Shown: piece by piece, positions 1-12,387 of the stretch
Layout of the letters: the number at the start of each line of letters is the position of its first letter
How positions within the stretch are numbered: position 1 is the first letter of the stretch
Assembly (NCBI RefSeq): GCF_036321535.1
Contig: NC_087437.1
Location: 73,038,001 to 73,102,000 of the forward strand
DNA length: 64,000 nucleotides
Direction of reading: 5' to 3'
Source of the DNA: Camelus dromedarius
Taxonomy: Eukaryota
Position numbers and translations under genes: made by a program
The notes under the pieces: generated by a model
What the model saw: the letters and a program-made list of their open reading frames with translations, nothing else
Told to the model about the DNA's origin: nothing
Databases searched by the model: none

Positions 1-330
1 GTATGTATTGTGAACATATATCCCTTTTATTACAAATGGGGGCATACTATACATACTGTTCTGTTCCTAGCTTCTTTCTCTTAAGAAACATTCTTGGAAT
101 ATTTTTCACAGATGTGCACAGAGGTTTACCTCATTCGATTAAATGACTGGGTTGTTGCCCAATGTATGGATCTGTCATAGTTTATTTAATTGATTTCTCA
201 ATGTTATATAGTTAAATTGTTTCAAGGCTTTTGTTTTTTCTAACAACACTCCAGTGAAATTCCTTATACATTATAGATAGATCTTTAGCTCTTTAGATTA
301 CATAGATCATTTGGGCAAAAAGTGCACTTT
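1..330 (-). mobile_element. Ancient LINE-1 3' fragment
   Basis: catactatacatactgttctg...catagtttatttaa resembles a reverse L1ME 3' UTR. Confidence 0.5.
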
Positions 331-1414
331 TGTATTAGAATTATCTGGATTGCTTTTCTTTCATTGTTTCAGCTAGATTATAAACTGTCCATAGGTGGAG
401 ACTAGTTTTTTAATTTCTTTGTTTGCCTCAGATTTATTACACTGCTTTTCCTAAAGGAAAGTCTCAAAAAATACAGGCCAAAAAACTGGATTTAAAGTAT
501 TAGTTTAGCAAATCTTTTCTATCTTTTTACATAGTTTGGACGGCCGCCACATGATGTTGTTACGTTAACACTGGTTATCAGTGCTGAAGATTTTCCCTTT
601 TACAACACATATCCAGGGATTCCAGGTCTTCCTCATGCTCTCCCGGCTTCAGCCCTGTCAAAGCAGACACGGAGGGTCCCCTGGAAGCCCACATAGTCCT
701 ATAATACATAACCATGTATCACTGTATGTAAAGCTGGCTAGAGCCCTCGCAGTGGTTCGAAGCGCTGGATTATTGTGATCACAAAAGAAGCAATGATGCA
801 GATGGTCAGCTTAGTAAAAACTGACCGGGCCCTATGCTAGTAATATGGCAGGATGTAACATTTTACCTCCAAAGTTTTAGAGAAATGAAAGAACAAAAGA
901 TTTTAAATAGGTCTTACATCAATGCTTACAAATTTTCTCCCAATCAAATATAGAAAATTAGACCACTGACTTCAGGAATGTCTCAGTGGAGAAGTGGTCT
1001 TGCCCCATCTCTAACCTAGGTAGTTCTTTAAAGCACCAATATCTTAAAGACATTGGTAGGACCTCAGTTTGCCATTCTATTGCCATGTTGTGTGCAGGGT
1101 GATACAGTGATCTGGGGACTGTATGACTTTTGATATGAAATAGACTAAGTACCTAGGTGGAGAGTTCACAATTAAGGAAATACTTCCTAAAGTGAAATAG
1201 TCGACTATGCCTCTGAATTTACAATCAAGATCTGCTTTGGGAGGGTCCTAACTTTACTGAATACCTTGATCTCTTATGATACACAACAAGAGATTTCATT
1301 TAGCATGGATAAAATTTTACTAGTTGAATTATAGGAATCCTTTGTTCCAACAATTAATTGCTTTCTTGCTTCAGATTTTATTTCATAGGACTAAAATGTT
1401 TCTCATTACTTTTC

Positions 1415-1695
1415 ATCTGGCTAATTCTTATTCACTTTTCAGATTTTAATTTGATTATATTCTGAGTCATTTCCTGTTCCCCAGTTAAAATCAGATCTTT
1501 CTGTTAGACTCTGACACCTTGTGCCATATTATAAGATCTGTCACAAATAAATTTAATTGCATGATGATTTATTTACTCTGTGTCATTTATAATAAATTAA
1601 AATCTTCAGGAGGCCGGTATTTTCAATGTACACCTAACACCTGGCACAGTGCCTGACAAATGGTAAGTATTCAATAAATATTTATTGAATGAATA
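1415..1695 (+). mobile_element. LINE-2 3' end
   Basis: cacagtgcctgacaaatggtaagtattcaataaatatttattgaatgaat terminal motif. Confidence 0.65.
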
Positions 1696-1729
1696 AAACA
1701 TAAAATAAAAAAAATGATAAATGACTCAC

Positions 1730-1819
1730 CAGTGATATGGATGTCATTATTTTTAGTAGACCCATTGGCAGTTGTGGGAACTTCTGAAAATGCTCTGGTT
1801 GTACTGTTGAAGACATCAC
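1730..1819 (-). CDS. CD96: CD96 exon 13 (human numbering), stalk
   Basis: 90 nt, ccctag|GT...ACT G|gtgagt. Translates (G)DVFNSTTRAFSEVPTTANGSTKNNDIHIT(G), matching human DNVFTSTARAFSEVPTTANGSTKTNHVHITG. Confidence 0.95.
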
Positions 1820-2593
1820 CTAGGGATATAAAGGGATATCTGAACTGATCGTAATGGCCATCTCAACTTCAAGAGGTATAAAATCATGACTGGATTTCAC
1901 TTGCCATTAGAAGAGCTCAGTTTGAATGGCCTAAAGCTCTTAAAATACTATGTGTAAAGTTCACTAAGGACCAGTTTACACAAGGCTAGTATCCAAGGAT
2001 CTGTCTACCAAAAGAGTGAAATTCTTATTGGCTTAAAGAAAAAAAGAGAAACAATACAGTATATACAACAAAATAACATCTGCTAAAGCATGTCCATGAG
2101 AAAGTGGTCATGGGAAAATGCCTGACGTTGGGGTCATGGAAAGATGAGGCTTATCCACAGTGTCCCAGGGTATCAGAGGTCCAGCCAGTCAAAATACTGA
2201 TTCTCCCCACTCTAATGTGTTTGATAAGGTCAATAAAAATTGGTAACATTCAAGTAGATGAATCCATGCTGACAAATCATTCCATTTTCCAATGGAACAT
2301 TAAAACTTAAAATTTATCTTAATGGATTTAATTGCAAAAATGCTATTATGTAGATTTCACTTTGAAATAAAATAGAGAAAAATTTAAGTCTTGGTCTCTG
2401 ACTATCTTTTTTGAGTGACTGGGAAGAATTTTGGTTCCATTCATTATCACTTTCATCATCATTGTCATTTTCATCAAGATGAACTTTTAAACACCTATCT
2501 GGCATTGGTGATATCAGTTCTTGTTTTCCCACCTCTGCCCAAATAAAGCAGACCATGACCTTCCCCAACCCTAAATCTCCCCTAAGTACTCAC

Positions 2594-2656
2594 CATGAAG
2601 TGTCGAACCTGCACTTGAGGCGGATGAACTGTACGTTTCACTGGGCATCCATGAAG
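2594..2656 (-). CDS. CD96: CD96 exon 12, stalk
   Basis: 63 nt, taatag|CT...CAT G|gtgagt. Translates (S)SWMPSETYSSSASSAGSTLH(G) vs human SVSRIPSETYSSSPSGAGSTLH. Confidence 0.92.
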
Positions 2657-4149
2657 CTATTAAAGGAAGAAGATATTGGAAAAGTTAATCTGTATAAGAC
2701 TGATGATTGTATTGTCTCTTCTTGATCTTCAATTGAATTTAATAATTATGAAAAAGGGATATTAGTGAACATTTAAAGCAAGATCACCAAACTATTCTGC
2801 AACACACATTAGAATGTCCCAATGTAAATTGGGTGTCCAGATGTTACCAATAAGGAAGGTTTTGATCACAGCCATTTAAAAGCAGGAAGAAGAAATGGAA
2901 GGAAAACACCAGGAGGGGCTTCTCCATCTACAGAGAGTGTGTTGTGACTGTTCTCCTGTCCATCTCATAGATGAGCTGAAAGAATGGGAGAGAAGGAAAG
3001 CCCAGGTGTGTCACAGTGGCCTTTGGTCAAGAAAAGATGCCATCAGCACTTTGACGACCTAGAACACACACAAGGGAACAGAGCAGTTTGTCCTTGTGGG
3101 TAAGCTGACATTCTTGTTTGACTATGAAAACTGAACTGTGTTGATTGCGAATTATCAGACCCTGTGGTCACAGGCTTTGTTAGCTGCTAGGTGAATCCTT
3201 TTGAAACATTCAGAGGCAAACTCCCCTCGAGTGGACGGCAGAAAATTCCAGCAGCACATATGGCTTTTGAAATAGATTTATCAACTCATTTTGTTTAGTT
3301 CTCCATCGCTGGCAAGAAAGTTCCACTTCCTGGCAGGCTCCACATATCTGTGTTTGATAACAAGCCTATAATGTGATGTAAAGTAAGATAATTACAGTAG
3401 TACATGGTTACAATCAGTAGAAGGATATTACCTTCATTTAATTAAAACACTGGTATACACAATTTTCCCAGTTAAATTCTTTCTTTTGTGTCAAGACCAC
3501 AAGAAAGCAAAACCAAAATAAAACAAAACAAACATCAAAAACTTCCTTAGCCTGACCCTTTTTTGGTTTCTCTCGAGATGCCAATGGCAATACAGCTGCA
3601 GACAAAGGCATGTAATCAGGCCTTTAGAAGAGGTGCGAGTCAGTGCTTTACAGGACTGCTCGCCCGCAAGTCTGTCACAGCTGCTTCCACTTGGGGTCCC
3701 CCTCAAGGGTAGGCTGATTTTGCATATAGCTATTTTGAGTTTGTCTAGGTCAGGGAGATGCTCTTATTTTCAACATAATTCTATGATCCTGCTCATGTGA
3801 CCTTGACTACTTCTCATTCTAGACAGAATGTCAAGCTCTGCAGGTGATGATGGACTAAGCACTTTTTAATGCTAATTTTTAATGTTTAGGCCATTAGGCC
3901 AGGAGTTTGATTGACATAGAGCAAGAAGCAACTAAAAAGAAACTGGAACCAGGCCTGGATTTAGGTGAAATTATGAAGAAGGCAGTTTGTTCTGGAGAAT
4001 CCTACAGTTTTTTTGGCCCAATATGGTGTCTCGTTTACTTCCTACTTTTAAGGCTTGATGCCTTTATTTCTTACCTCTTCAAAGGCTTGCAAGAAAGGAT
4101 GTGATAAATTAATTTATGCTAAGATATAAATGTTTCAACAAGTGCTATC

Positions 4150-5790
4150 ACTTTGAGCAAAATGGGTATTAAAAAAAGATTTTCTACTTTATGTTCATTA
4201 TCACCAAGTCGATATAAAACATTTATAATGATAAGTTACATATGGACACCAATAGTTTTTTCACCAAATACAGAGTAGTCTATTCTGTTTAATATTGATT
4301 TTCTCCAAAAAAAATAACCCTACATACATAACACAATGTCAGAAGATGGTAATACCCTCAGCATGATCCATCTGTTAAAAAAATACAGTGGAGAATGTGT
4401 TGAGAGAGGGAAAGAAAAAGGAGCTTACAGTTGATGGAATCAATGTGTGTGAAAATAGTTCAGTAATGTAAAGGAACAACTTCAAAAGCAAGCATATATT
4501 ATATTATGAGTCTTTCAGCAAGATGAAGAGATGAGGAGTTCTTGTACCACTTCTCCCATAGGAGACGGGGCTTCTTGAGGAATGCTAGTTTACAAATCTT
4601 CAGTAAGGTAGGATTAGCTATCTCCAATGATTTATCTTTCCATAAAACAATACTTTTCTAAAAGCTCATCCACTCCATCATTCAGAGATCCAGTTTTTAG
4701 AATTTGTTACACACTGGCTACTCCATCTGCTCTTCTTAAGTCTCCCTGTGAGTCTCTCAGCAGAGTTACATTGCTATTGGCCTTTAATTGACTGAAATAT
4801 TCTGTGATCTTCAAAGTATCATCATGTTGGTTAAATACATGAGTTAGTTCTCCTTTAAATCTTTTGAGAACACAGTTTCATTAAAATCCATGAATGAACA
4901 CTACTTTGACACGTGGATGATAAACACCAGAGTGACGGATAACTTCCTCTATGGTACCATTATCAGCAGAAAATATGAACATAGGATGATACTGTGTGGT
5001 TGGAATTTCTCAAATAAATTCTTATATCCCTCCTTTAGCATAACATCAGTTTCTCCCACAATTCCTTTAAAGTTAGCTTTTGATAAAGATTGTTCAACAA
5101 GGAGACTATGTGACTTAGCACACTACCATAAAAGGGCATTTCTCTTCTATGGTAAACACAAGATCAACTTCAATAACACTGTATTTTTCCTTGAGTTGCA
5201 ATAACATTTTTTGACACTCATCTGTAATCAGCTCATGGTTCTCAATAATATTATGACATGTTAAGCATCCTTCCCTTTGTAGGAAAATCTATTTAATGTC
5301 ATATCAAAGTCCAAGATTATCTGGTTTGGCAGCTTCTCTTTCGACAAAATCACAGAAAATTTTTGACTCATAGGGTTCTTGAGGCAAACTGAATTTTTTG
5401 AAAATTCTGGCATTACTTTATGTGTAGAGACTTTATTTTGGGTAACGAATCTTTCTTAAGGCACTCCAAGTTCTTCTGTCCTGAATTTTGTCCTGGAACA
5501 AAGGCATAGGCAGCAAGCAATAACCACCAGATGCAGGGCTTGGGGACAGAGATCTCAATGATCTCGGTCTTCTGCCCCATCTTTCTTTCTCTTCAAGGTG
5601 GATATGTACTGGGTCAGCACCACTCCTTCCACCAAGATGCAAATGCTGCACTAGCTATGGTGTCCCCTCTTGCCATGACCATCTAATCCATAAATGGGAC
5701 CCACATGCTCTTCCTGACCACAAAAAGGAGATGACACCCAGGAACTTTGAAAGGATGGGGCATGTGTGCTAGCTGTGGAGAAGCCCCCAG
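4150..5790 (-). pseudogene. NT5C3A: Processed pseudogene of cytosolic 5'-nucleotidase 3A in CD96 intron 11
   Basis: Intronless decayed frames: ATG at 5706 (MWVPFMD*...VVLTQYISTLKRK...KTEIIE), MPEF at 5413, HAD motif [13 protein letters not shown] at about 5311, [48 protein letters not shown], stop near 4590, then 3' UTR-like sequence. Multiple frameshifts and stops; outer ends approximate. Confidence 0.92.
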
Positions 5791-6329
5791 AAATTGGTAC
5801 TTTAACAGAAGACTGAATTTTAAGTCAGAGGAATAAATCTTTAATTTGATCTAGACAGGAACTAGGTGACAAAATGGGAGCAGAATAGTGTTTTAGAGAA
5901 GAGGAAAATGGAATGAAATGTAACCTGGGACACAGAAGATTTTAAAATGTGAAGACAAGAGGGGTGAGTTCAAAGAATCAGCATCCCGGCCAACAAGGAA
6001 CAGAGGGGCCGCAGGGATTATGGTGCAGCCTGAAATAGCGCCCAGCCTCGTTGTAGGTCCTGGCATTGCTATGTCCCTCCCACTGACCCTCAGCTCCTCA
6101 ACTGTAGCCTCTCCCTCACCTTCTGCCCACGGAAAGTAGAAGGCGCTGCTATGAAATTATTAGGCACTACTACCTGGAGCCTAAGAAGAACCAGCCAGGA
6201 CCAGGGGCTGGATAAGCAATGCATTTGTAAGATTTAAGAAGAGTACGTAGATTTTGAGGAATATGGGATGCAAGGTCAAAGAACAGAATAAAGATGTCAT
6301 GTGAGATCAAGAAGACGTACTCTGAGGCC

Positions 6330-6375
6330 TGTGTGTGTGTGTGTGTGTGTTTGTGTGAGCACGCACGTGCATGTG
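6330..6375. repeat. (TG)n microsatellite, imperfect
   Basis: tgtgtgtgtgtgtgtgtgtgtttgtgtgagcacgcacgtgcatgtgtg. Confidence 0.9.
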
Positions 6376-8589
6376 TGGTGACAGTGAACTTGATTTTGGT
6401 AATGGGATAAATTGGAGGCTTAGGGACCCATGGGGACTTGTACCATTCTTCTGCTTGTCTAACTTAGACAGACTGACTGATTTCAATGTGGCTTTAGGCT
6501 CCACTGGGTCAGGTGGATGACAGGAAAAACCAGAAAGAAAAAAGTAATTAAGCTTCAATTTTCTGCTCCATAGCCTGATCATTTGAGGGTCAGGATGAAA
6601 ATGTGCCCCAGGATTATTAACCTTATACATTCTGAGTATTTAGATGACCAGATTTGGTACCCTCATTTCATAGGTGGTTAAAGTAAAATATGCATTCCTG
6701 TTCTAGACTGAAGGAAATTTGGAAGCTGAACTAGGATAAGATTCCAATATTCTTCAATCCCAGCCTAGACCTCGTCAAGTCAATAAATAAAAAAAAATGA
6801 CAAAAGAATATATTAAAATATACACTTATAAATTTAGTGTAAAGGCAATGTACTCAGAACCTTCTAGTGACATCCAAATATATACGAGCTACACAAAATG
6901 CACGTATAAGCAAATATCCCATAGAATGTGTTCACAAATAGCAAGGGCCCTAGAAACACTGCAAGTAGGTTTATTTCACCAGAAATCCATCCATTATCAT
7001 TCTTTTTCTGCCTCTGAATATTTCATAAATCTACTGAACTAAACATACTGGGAAAAAAAATCCCATTACCAATGCCTATTTGCGAATCTTGCCAAATGTA
7101 TCATCTCATATTGGATGTCACATTACAGTCCAATCCAACGAGCAGAAACATGTTTCAAAAACAGTTTGGGAGTGAGCAATCAATATTAACTTGTTGGATC
7201 TTAACGTGTTCTTGTGAATGATTATAAATAGAGCAACTCACTGTAGGGAATTTTCTCTCTCAGCTTATAGATAAAAAATGGCAAGTGGTTAACAAGATCT
7301 TTTTATTCCTGTATAAATAAGAATGTGGGTTTTCACTGCCAGAAAAAATTGCTTCTTGGGTTTTAGAGGCGCTTCCTAGATTTCACAATTTCTATTTTTA
7401 TGGTAAGAATAATAAAGAGATGTCTGAGGATAACTGAAGTTGTCAAGTGGGGAAGGACAGAAAAAGTGAAGGATTATAACAGTTCATTATGAAATCTATT
7501 TAAAAGACCAAGAATATACTTGTGTAAATTATGAAGAACTTTCAAGCAAGACCCTTTCAGTTTTCTAGTTTCTGGGGCAAAAAGCACCTTGGGTGGCCTC
7601 TGTGCTTCGTATTGATGTGATGCATGGGATGAAAAGGAATTTATTCTGGGCGCACATGCCAGTATAATAATTTAAATAAAGAAAACAAGTAAAAAGTTCA
7701 AAACTTTCAATTAAGCAGATAATTTCTTTTCACTGTGCGTGTTTTCTTCCTTGCCCATATGTACCGGTATCTTTTCAATCATTCAGCAAATACTTGCTAA
7801 GCATCTACGGCATTCCTGCCACTGTTACAGACACTGGAACACTACAGTGAAAAGACAGAAAAAGGGTGAGGTCTCTGTTATTGTGTATCCTAGATTTTAA
7901 TATATTTTCGACAAACAATCAAATAATTCGAATAAACAAAGGAAAACATCAAATGCTAAGTGTTATGCTGAGACTTAAAATGTAGGATAATCTATACATC
8001 ATCATAGCATAAATTTAAGCTGGAGTTCAGCATTTCCTATAACCCTGTCCAATCAACTTTTATCCTCAGTGTCACATGATTTGCTCCCTGTAACCAAGAA
8101 GTACTAATTCACTTATTTATTCAATAATATTCATCGAGCCCTAACTCTATGTCAGCCATTATCTCAGGCAACAAACAAAAAAAAAGATCTTAGGGAACTT
8201 ACTTGTATTACAGTATTAAAAATAAAGGGTGACAAACCAGTGTAGGTAAAGTAGAGTTTCAGCACAGTTTATTATAAACAACTCAATTTTATGTTAACAC
8301 CATATAGGATAAACGTTGATCTAGGAAGTATGAACTTTTATCCCCAGTCTAATGTTTTTATCCTCAATTAATATCTGATTGGTAAAAAAAATTCCAGCTC
8401 ATACCCTTTTCTGTATAGCTTAGTATGTTACAGCTATTGTTCTGATTGGTTTCATAATATCCATTGAGTTATGATCTTAGCCTATTCCACATTCTTTTAT
8501 TATTAGACCTATTTTTCTGAACCCCTCCCCCAACTCGTACGGATTTTGGAATTATTATAAATAACTTTATAAATGTTTACTCCCTGTCC

Positions 8590-9750
8590 CATCCCTTGTA
8601 TGCCCATTCAGAAGCAAATGCTGTTCTGAATGTTTTGTATTAGTCACTTATATAGTTTTAAAATTTTTATCACATATTACATCTAAGCCATATACTGTTT
8701 GGTTGCACTTGCTTTTAAATTGTATTTAAAAATATCATTCCATGTACTGTCACCTGGCGTTTACTTTTTTGCCTCAAGACAGTGTTATCAAGATGCACTC
8801 ATGCTGTTGTATGGGGCTGACCTTCACTCATTTTTCATTGAACCATAATATTTTATTATATGACTACAATACTATTTATTTTTCTACTCTTCTAACTATG
8901 GCCATTTAGATTATTTACAGTTTTTTGTTATCATGAGTAGTGTCTTCCCCCCAACATCTGCGTACATATCTCCTGGATACATGTAATACTTTGTCTTCAG
9001 GCGGTGTGTACCTAGGAGTAGAATTGCTGGATTGTATGGTATGACGATGTTCAGCTATAAAACATAATACTTAAGTGATGGAAAGAGACGGTACCAATTG
9101 ATACTCTCATCAACAACACATAAGAAATTGTATTGATCAACATCCTATATACCACGCAGCAATTCCAGACTTGTTAATTTTTGCAAATGGATGACAAGCA
9201 CAGTGACAGTCTTCCCTGGCATGTCCTGATTATTAGTGAGGCTGAGCATCTCCAGATGTTTTCTAGCTACTTGCGTTTCATCTTCTGTGATGTGCCTGTT
9301 TGCTCATTTCCTATTGCTCTGTCTTTTTAAAAATTGATTTGTAAGCATTCTTGATGTAACGTTTTGATCCTTTGTCAGCTATATATTCTTGATCATTTTC
9401 TAAACTTGTGTGGCAAATATCTTCCCCCAGATTATGGCTTGCTTTTTTTTAAAAAAAAAAAAAGCCAACAACTTTCTTTTGAATTTTCTTAATTTTATTG
9501 TATTCTAATTTTTAAATCGTTTTTATGGCTAGTGCTTTATGTCTCTTCTTTAAGCCTTTCCCTATGCCAAAGCCAGGAAGAAATTCACCCTTATTTTATG
9601 ACATGTTTTAATATTTAGCTTTTGACATAAGTATCTTAAACTATATGGAGTTTATTTTTGTGTAATGTGCATGGTGGAAGTGCTTTTTAATGCTTTTTTC
9701 TTATAAATAATCAGTGTTCCCATGTCCATTTACCGTTTAGTCTCCCCTTT
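8590..9750 (-). mobile_element. Ancient LINE-1 (L1ME-like) fragment
   Basis: Degenerate reverse L1 motifs (tacctaggagtagaattgctgg, tgattattagtgaggctgagcatc). Confidence 0.7.
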
Positions 9751-10281
9751 TCACAGCCACCTCTGGCATAGATCTAGATTCTGCTGCCTGATGGATCCTC
9801 CTCATGTCCTCGCTCTCCTGACTTTCCAGACAATGCCTTCTCAGGTCTTGTATTTGGGTACTGAGTTCATAGGTGTCTATTATAATAGCAACATATTTGT
9901 TGAGAGAAATATGTTGCATTAAATTATAGACGGTGGTACCCAGACTAATGATGAAGGTGTGTCATGAATTAAAGGTTACGATGAATGTAAATCTGTGAAA
10001 CTGAGGCCCATAAAAGAGATGCAATAAATAAATTATGCTCAAAGAGCGATTTTACGCAGGTTCCTTTTCTCTCTTTGATTTATTTCCTAAGGACAAGTTC
10101 CCAGCAGTGAGATGACTGAGCCAGCGGGTATAGAAGACTTTCAGAGGTTTTCAATGTACAACTTAAATGCTTTTCAAAAGGGGCACACACATGTATTCTG
10201 TAGCAAAGAGCCTGGGAGTTAAATTCAGAGTTCTGCACCCATGAGGTCCAGGATCTTCGTTCTCTTGGCTTCAGCCACATC

Positions 10282-10338
10282 CTTTGTCACTTCTTACCAC
10301 ACTGATCTTTGTCACTTCTTACCACACTGATCTTTGTC
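10282..10338. repeat. Perfect 25-bp tandem duplication (2.3 copies)
   Basis: ctttgtcacttcttaccacactgat at 10282-10306 and 10307-10331, then ctttgtc. Confidence 0.95.
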
Positions 10339-10902
10339 TAACACCACTGAGACACAGTGTACTTCCTTTCCAGACCCTGCTAATACCTGCTAAAGCAGCA
10401 TCCGCAGACGCTGCTGATACGTGGTCAGATTACAAGTAACAAACCATTTCTGTCCCTCCTACTGACCTCCCTCTTTTCAGTTTTGTTAGTAATAGGCATA
10501 GTCTAGCTAATTTCCTCTTTCCCCAGATCTACTCAGTTTGCTTTTAAAAATTTCCACTAGTTGTAACTCCTAACACAGATGTCCCCTTCCTCGGTAAGTA
10601 ACCCTGTTTAAAATGGCAGGGCCCCCTCACCCCTGACCCTCACTGTCTCCCTTCTCTGCTTTATTTTTTCCATATCACTTATCACTATTTGTCAGTCTCT
10701 CCCCCACCAGAATTTGGTACTTAGACCCGTTTTGTTTGCAGGTGTATCCCCCAGCAACTACAACAATCCTTTAAACATGACAGATGCCTTGTAAATATTT
10801 GTTAATATGATCGTAAACAAGGCACAGAGTAGTTGTTCAATATATATGTTGGATGAATGAATGAGACCCAGAGGACGCCAAGGGGCTCATAGTTATACTT
10901 AC

Positions 10903-10974
10903 AGTACTTGACATCTTTCCCACTGGAGGTCTCAGAGTAGCTGAAGCCTCGGGTAGTCACATCGGAATTGCTGG
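10903..10974 (-). CDS. CD96: CD96 exon 11, stalk
   Basis: 72 nt, tttcag|CC...TAC T|gtaagt. Translates SNSDVTTRGFSYSETSSGKDVKY vs human SNSSMTTRGFNYPWTSSGTDTKK. Confidence 0.93.
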
Positions 10975-11497
10975 CTGAAAGACAAAAATTTTAGAACCCA
11001 ACCTTCTTATAAAGCTATTATTTAACTTTACTTTGATGTGCTGAATTTTTAATCTATATGATTTTGGGGGAAATCTGAAATTGAAAATATGCTTCTTTAT
11101 GCATGAACACTGGCTAGCATATTAAGCCAAAGTCTGTAGTTTATGTTTAATGCCAACTTGTCTCTGATTTTCTTTCTTTTTCTGTTCCTGTCACCAAGTC
11201 AGATACTGGGAGTATTGTCAAGATTACTTTAATAGTACCTTAAAATCCCACAACAAATGAAAGGTACAAAATAATAACAAATCATCAACCTATATTTTTA
11301 AGATTATAGTGACTGTCATATCAATATATAGTCATCAGATTACAATTTGCCACAGAGTAACTCAAAACCAAAATAACAACATCAAATGAAAACACTAAGC
11401 CTTTTGCCCAAATCTCAGTATTATCACAGCTGTGGTGAAATTTGTGCGTATGTTGTCTCTTTTCAGCCACATGAGGAAAGCCCTGCTCTTTGAGCAC

Positions 11498-11566
11498 TTT
11501 GAGGGGTGACAGTTGGAGTCGATGCACTCACATCCACAAGGGCTGTTGAAGATGGAGCTGGATATC
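11498..11566 (-). CDS. CD96: CD96 exon 10, stalk (weak donor)
   Basis: 69 nt, gaatag|GA...CAA A|gtgctc. Translates (R)YPAPSSTALVDVSASTPTVTPQ vs human RYPATSSVTLVDVSALRPNTTPQ. Homology is clear, but the donor is non-consensus so inclusion is uncertain. Confidence 0.8.
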
Positions 11567-11766
11567 CTATTCTGAAAACAAAATTCCCAAACTGTCATAG
11601 GTATTTACATGCACATGTTTAAATATGCCACTATACTTAACAGGAGTGGCATGTAGAACATGGAATATTAGAGTTGGAAAGGATCTTGGTGAATACATAA
11701 TGCAATGGCTTCATGTTACGAATTATGAAACTGAGTTCAAAAGGTCTATGCTTGTGGTTAGATACC

Positions 11767-12387
11767 TGTGGGAGCCCATGATTGGGTTAACAAATTGTAA
11801 CAGATCCCAGCTGCTTATCTCCTTAAAGAAGATGTGCTTAGTAACTGCCTTGAGGTTTTAGCAACGACCCAGGCCCCCGGCTATAAACGCTGGGCATGCC
11901 TGCTGTTAGATAGTCTTCTATCCCCAAAACAGCCTTCGGCTGGAATGGTATACAACTTATAAAAAGCTGCAGACTCAGAGGTGAGAAGGCTGGTTAGCCA
12001 ATGACCGGTAAGATCCTCTGAGAGGGGCAACTTAAGACAGGCACAGCCTGAGTCCAAGTTGTTAAGCAGCTGATTCTCATAGTTCTGCCCTGATAAGCTG
12101 AAAGGCTCAACATGAACATGATTCACCAAAAAGGGTCTTCTGACCTTGAGCCAAACACCAACAATAAACAAAGCCATTGTACTCATCGTGATCCCACCCT
12201 GTCCTTCCCTAAATTCCTGCATTCCTCCTTTGACTGTACTCAATAAATACGGGAGATTTCAGAGGCTCGTGGAGTTGGCTCTGGACTCCCTCTCACTCTC
12301 TTGACTTTTCCACAGAGTCTTGAGTAATTCGTTCCGTCTCGGTGGGACTTCTGCTGGCCAGAACCCACAACTGGTGACGGACCCACA
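11767..12387 (+). mobile_element. Solo LTR (621 bp), probably class II (ERVK/betaretrovirus-like)
   Basis: Inverted termini TGTGGG...CCCACA; perfect 6-bp target site duplication GATACC at 11761-11766 and 12388-12393; TATAAA and AATAAA motifs on the + strand; inserted into an older MIR-like sequence. Confidence 0.88.

Noticed and set aside
2314..2568. ORF with an acidic DENDNDDESDNE stretch in intron 12
   Set aside because: No similarity to CD96 or any protein I recognise, and exons 12 and 13 join in frame without it.
4890..5204. 104-aa plus-strand ORF
   Set aside because: Antisense shadow of the NT5C3A pseudogene.
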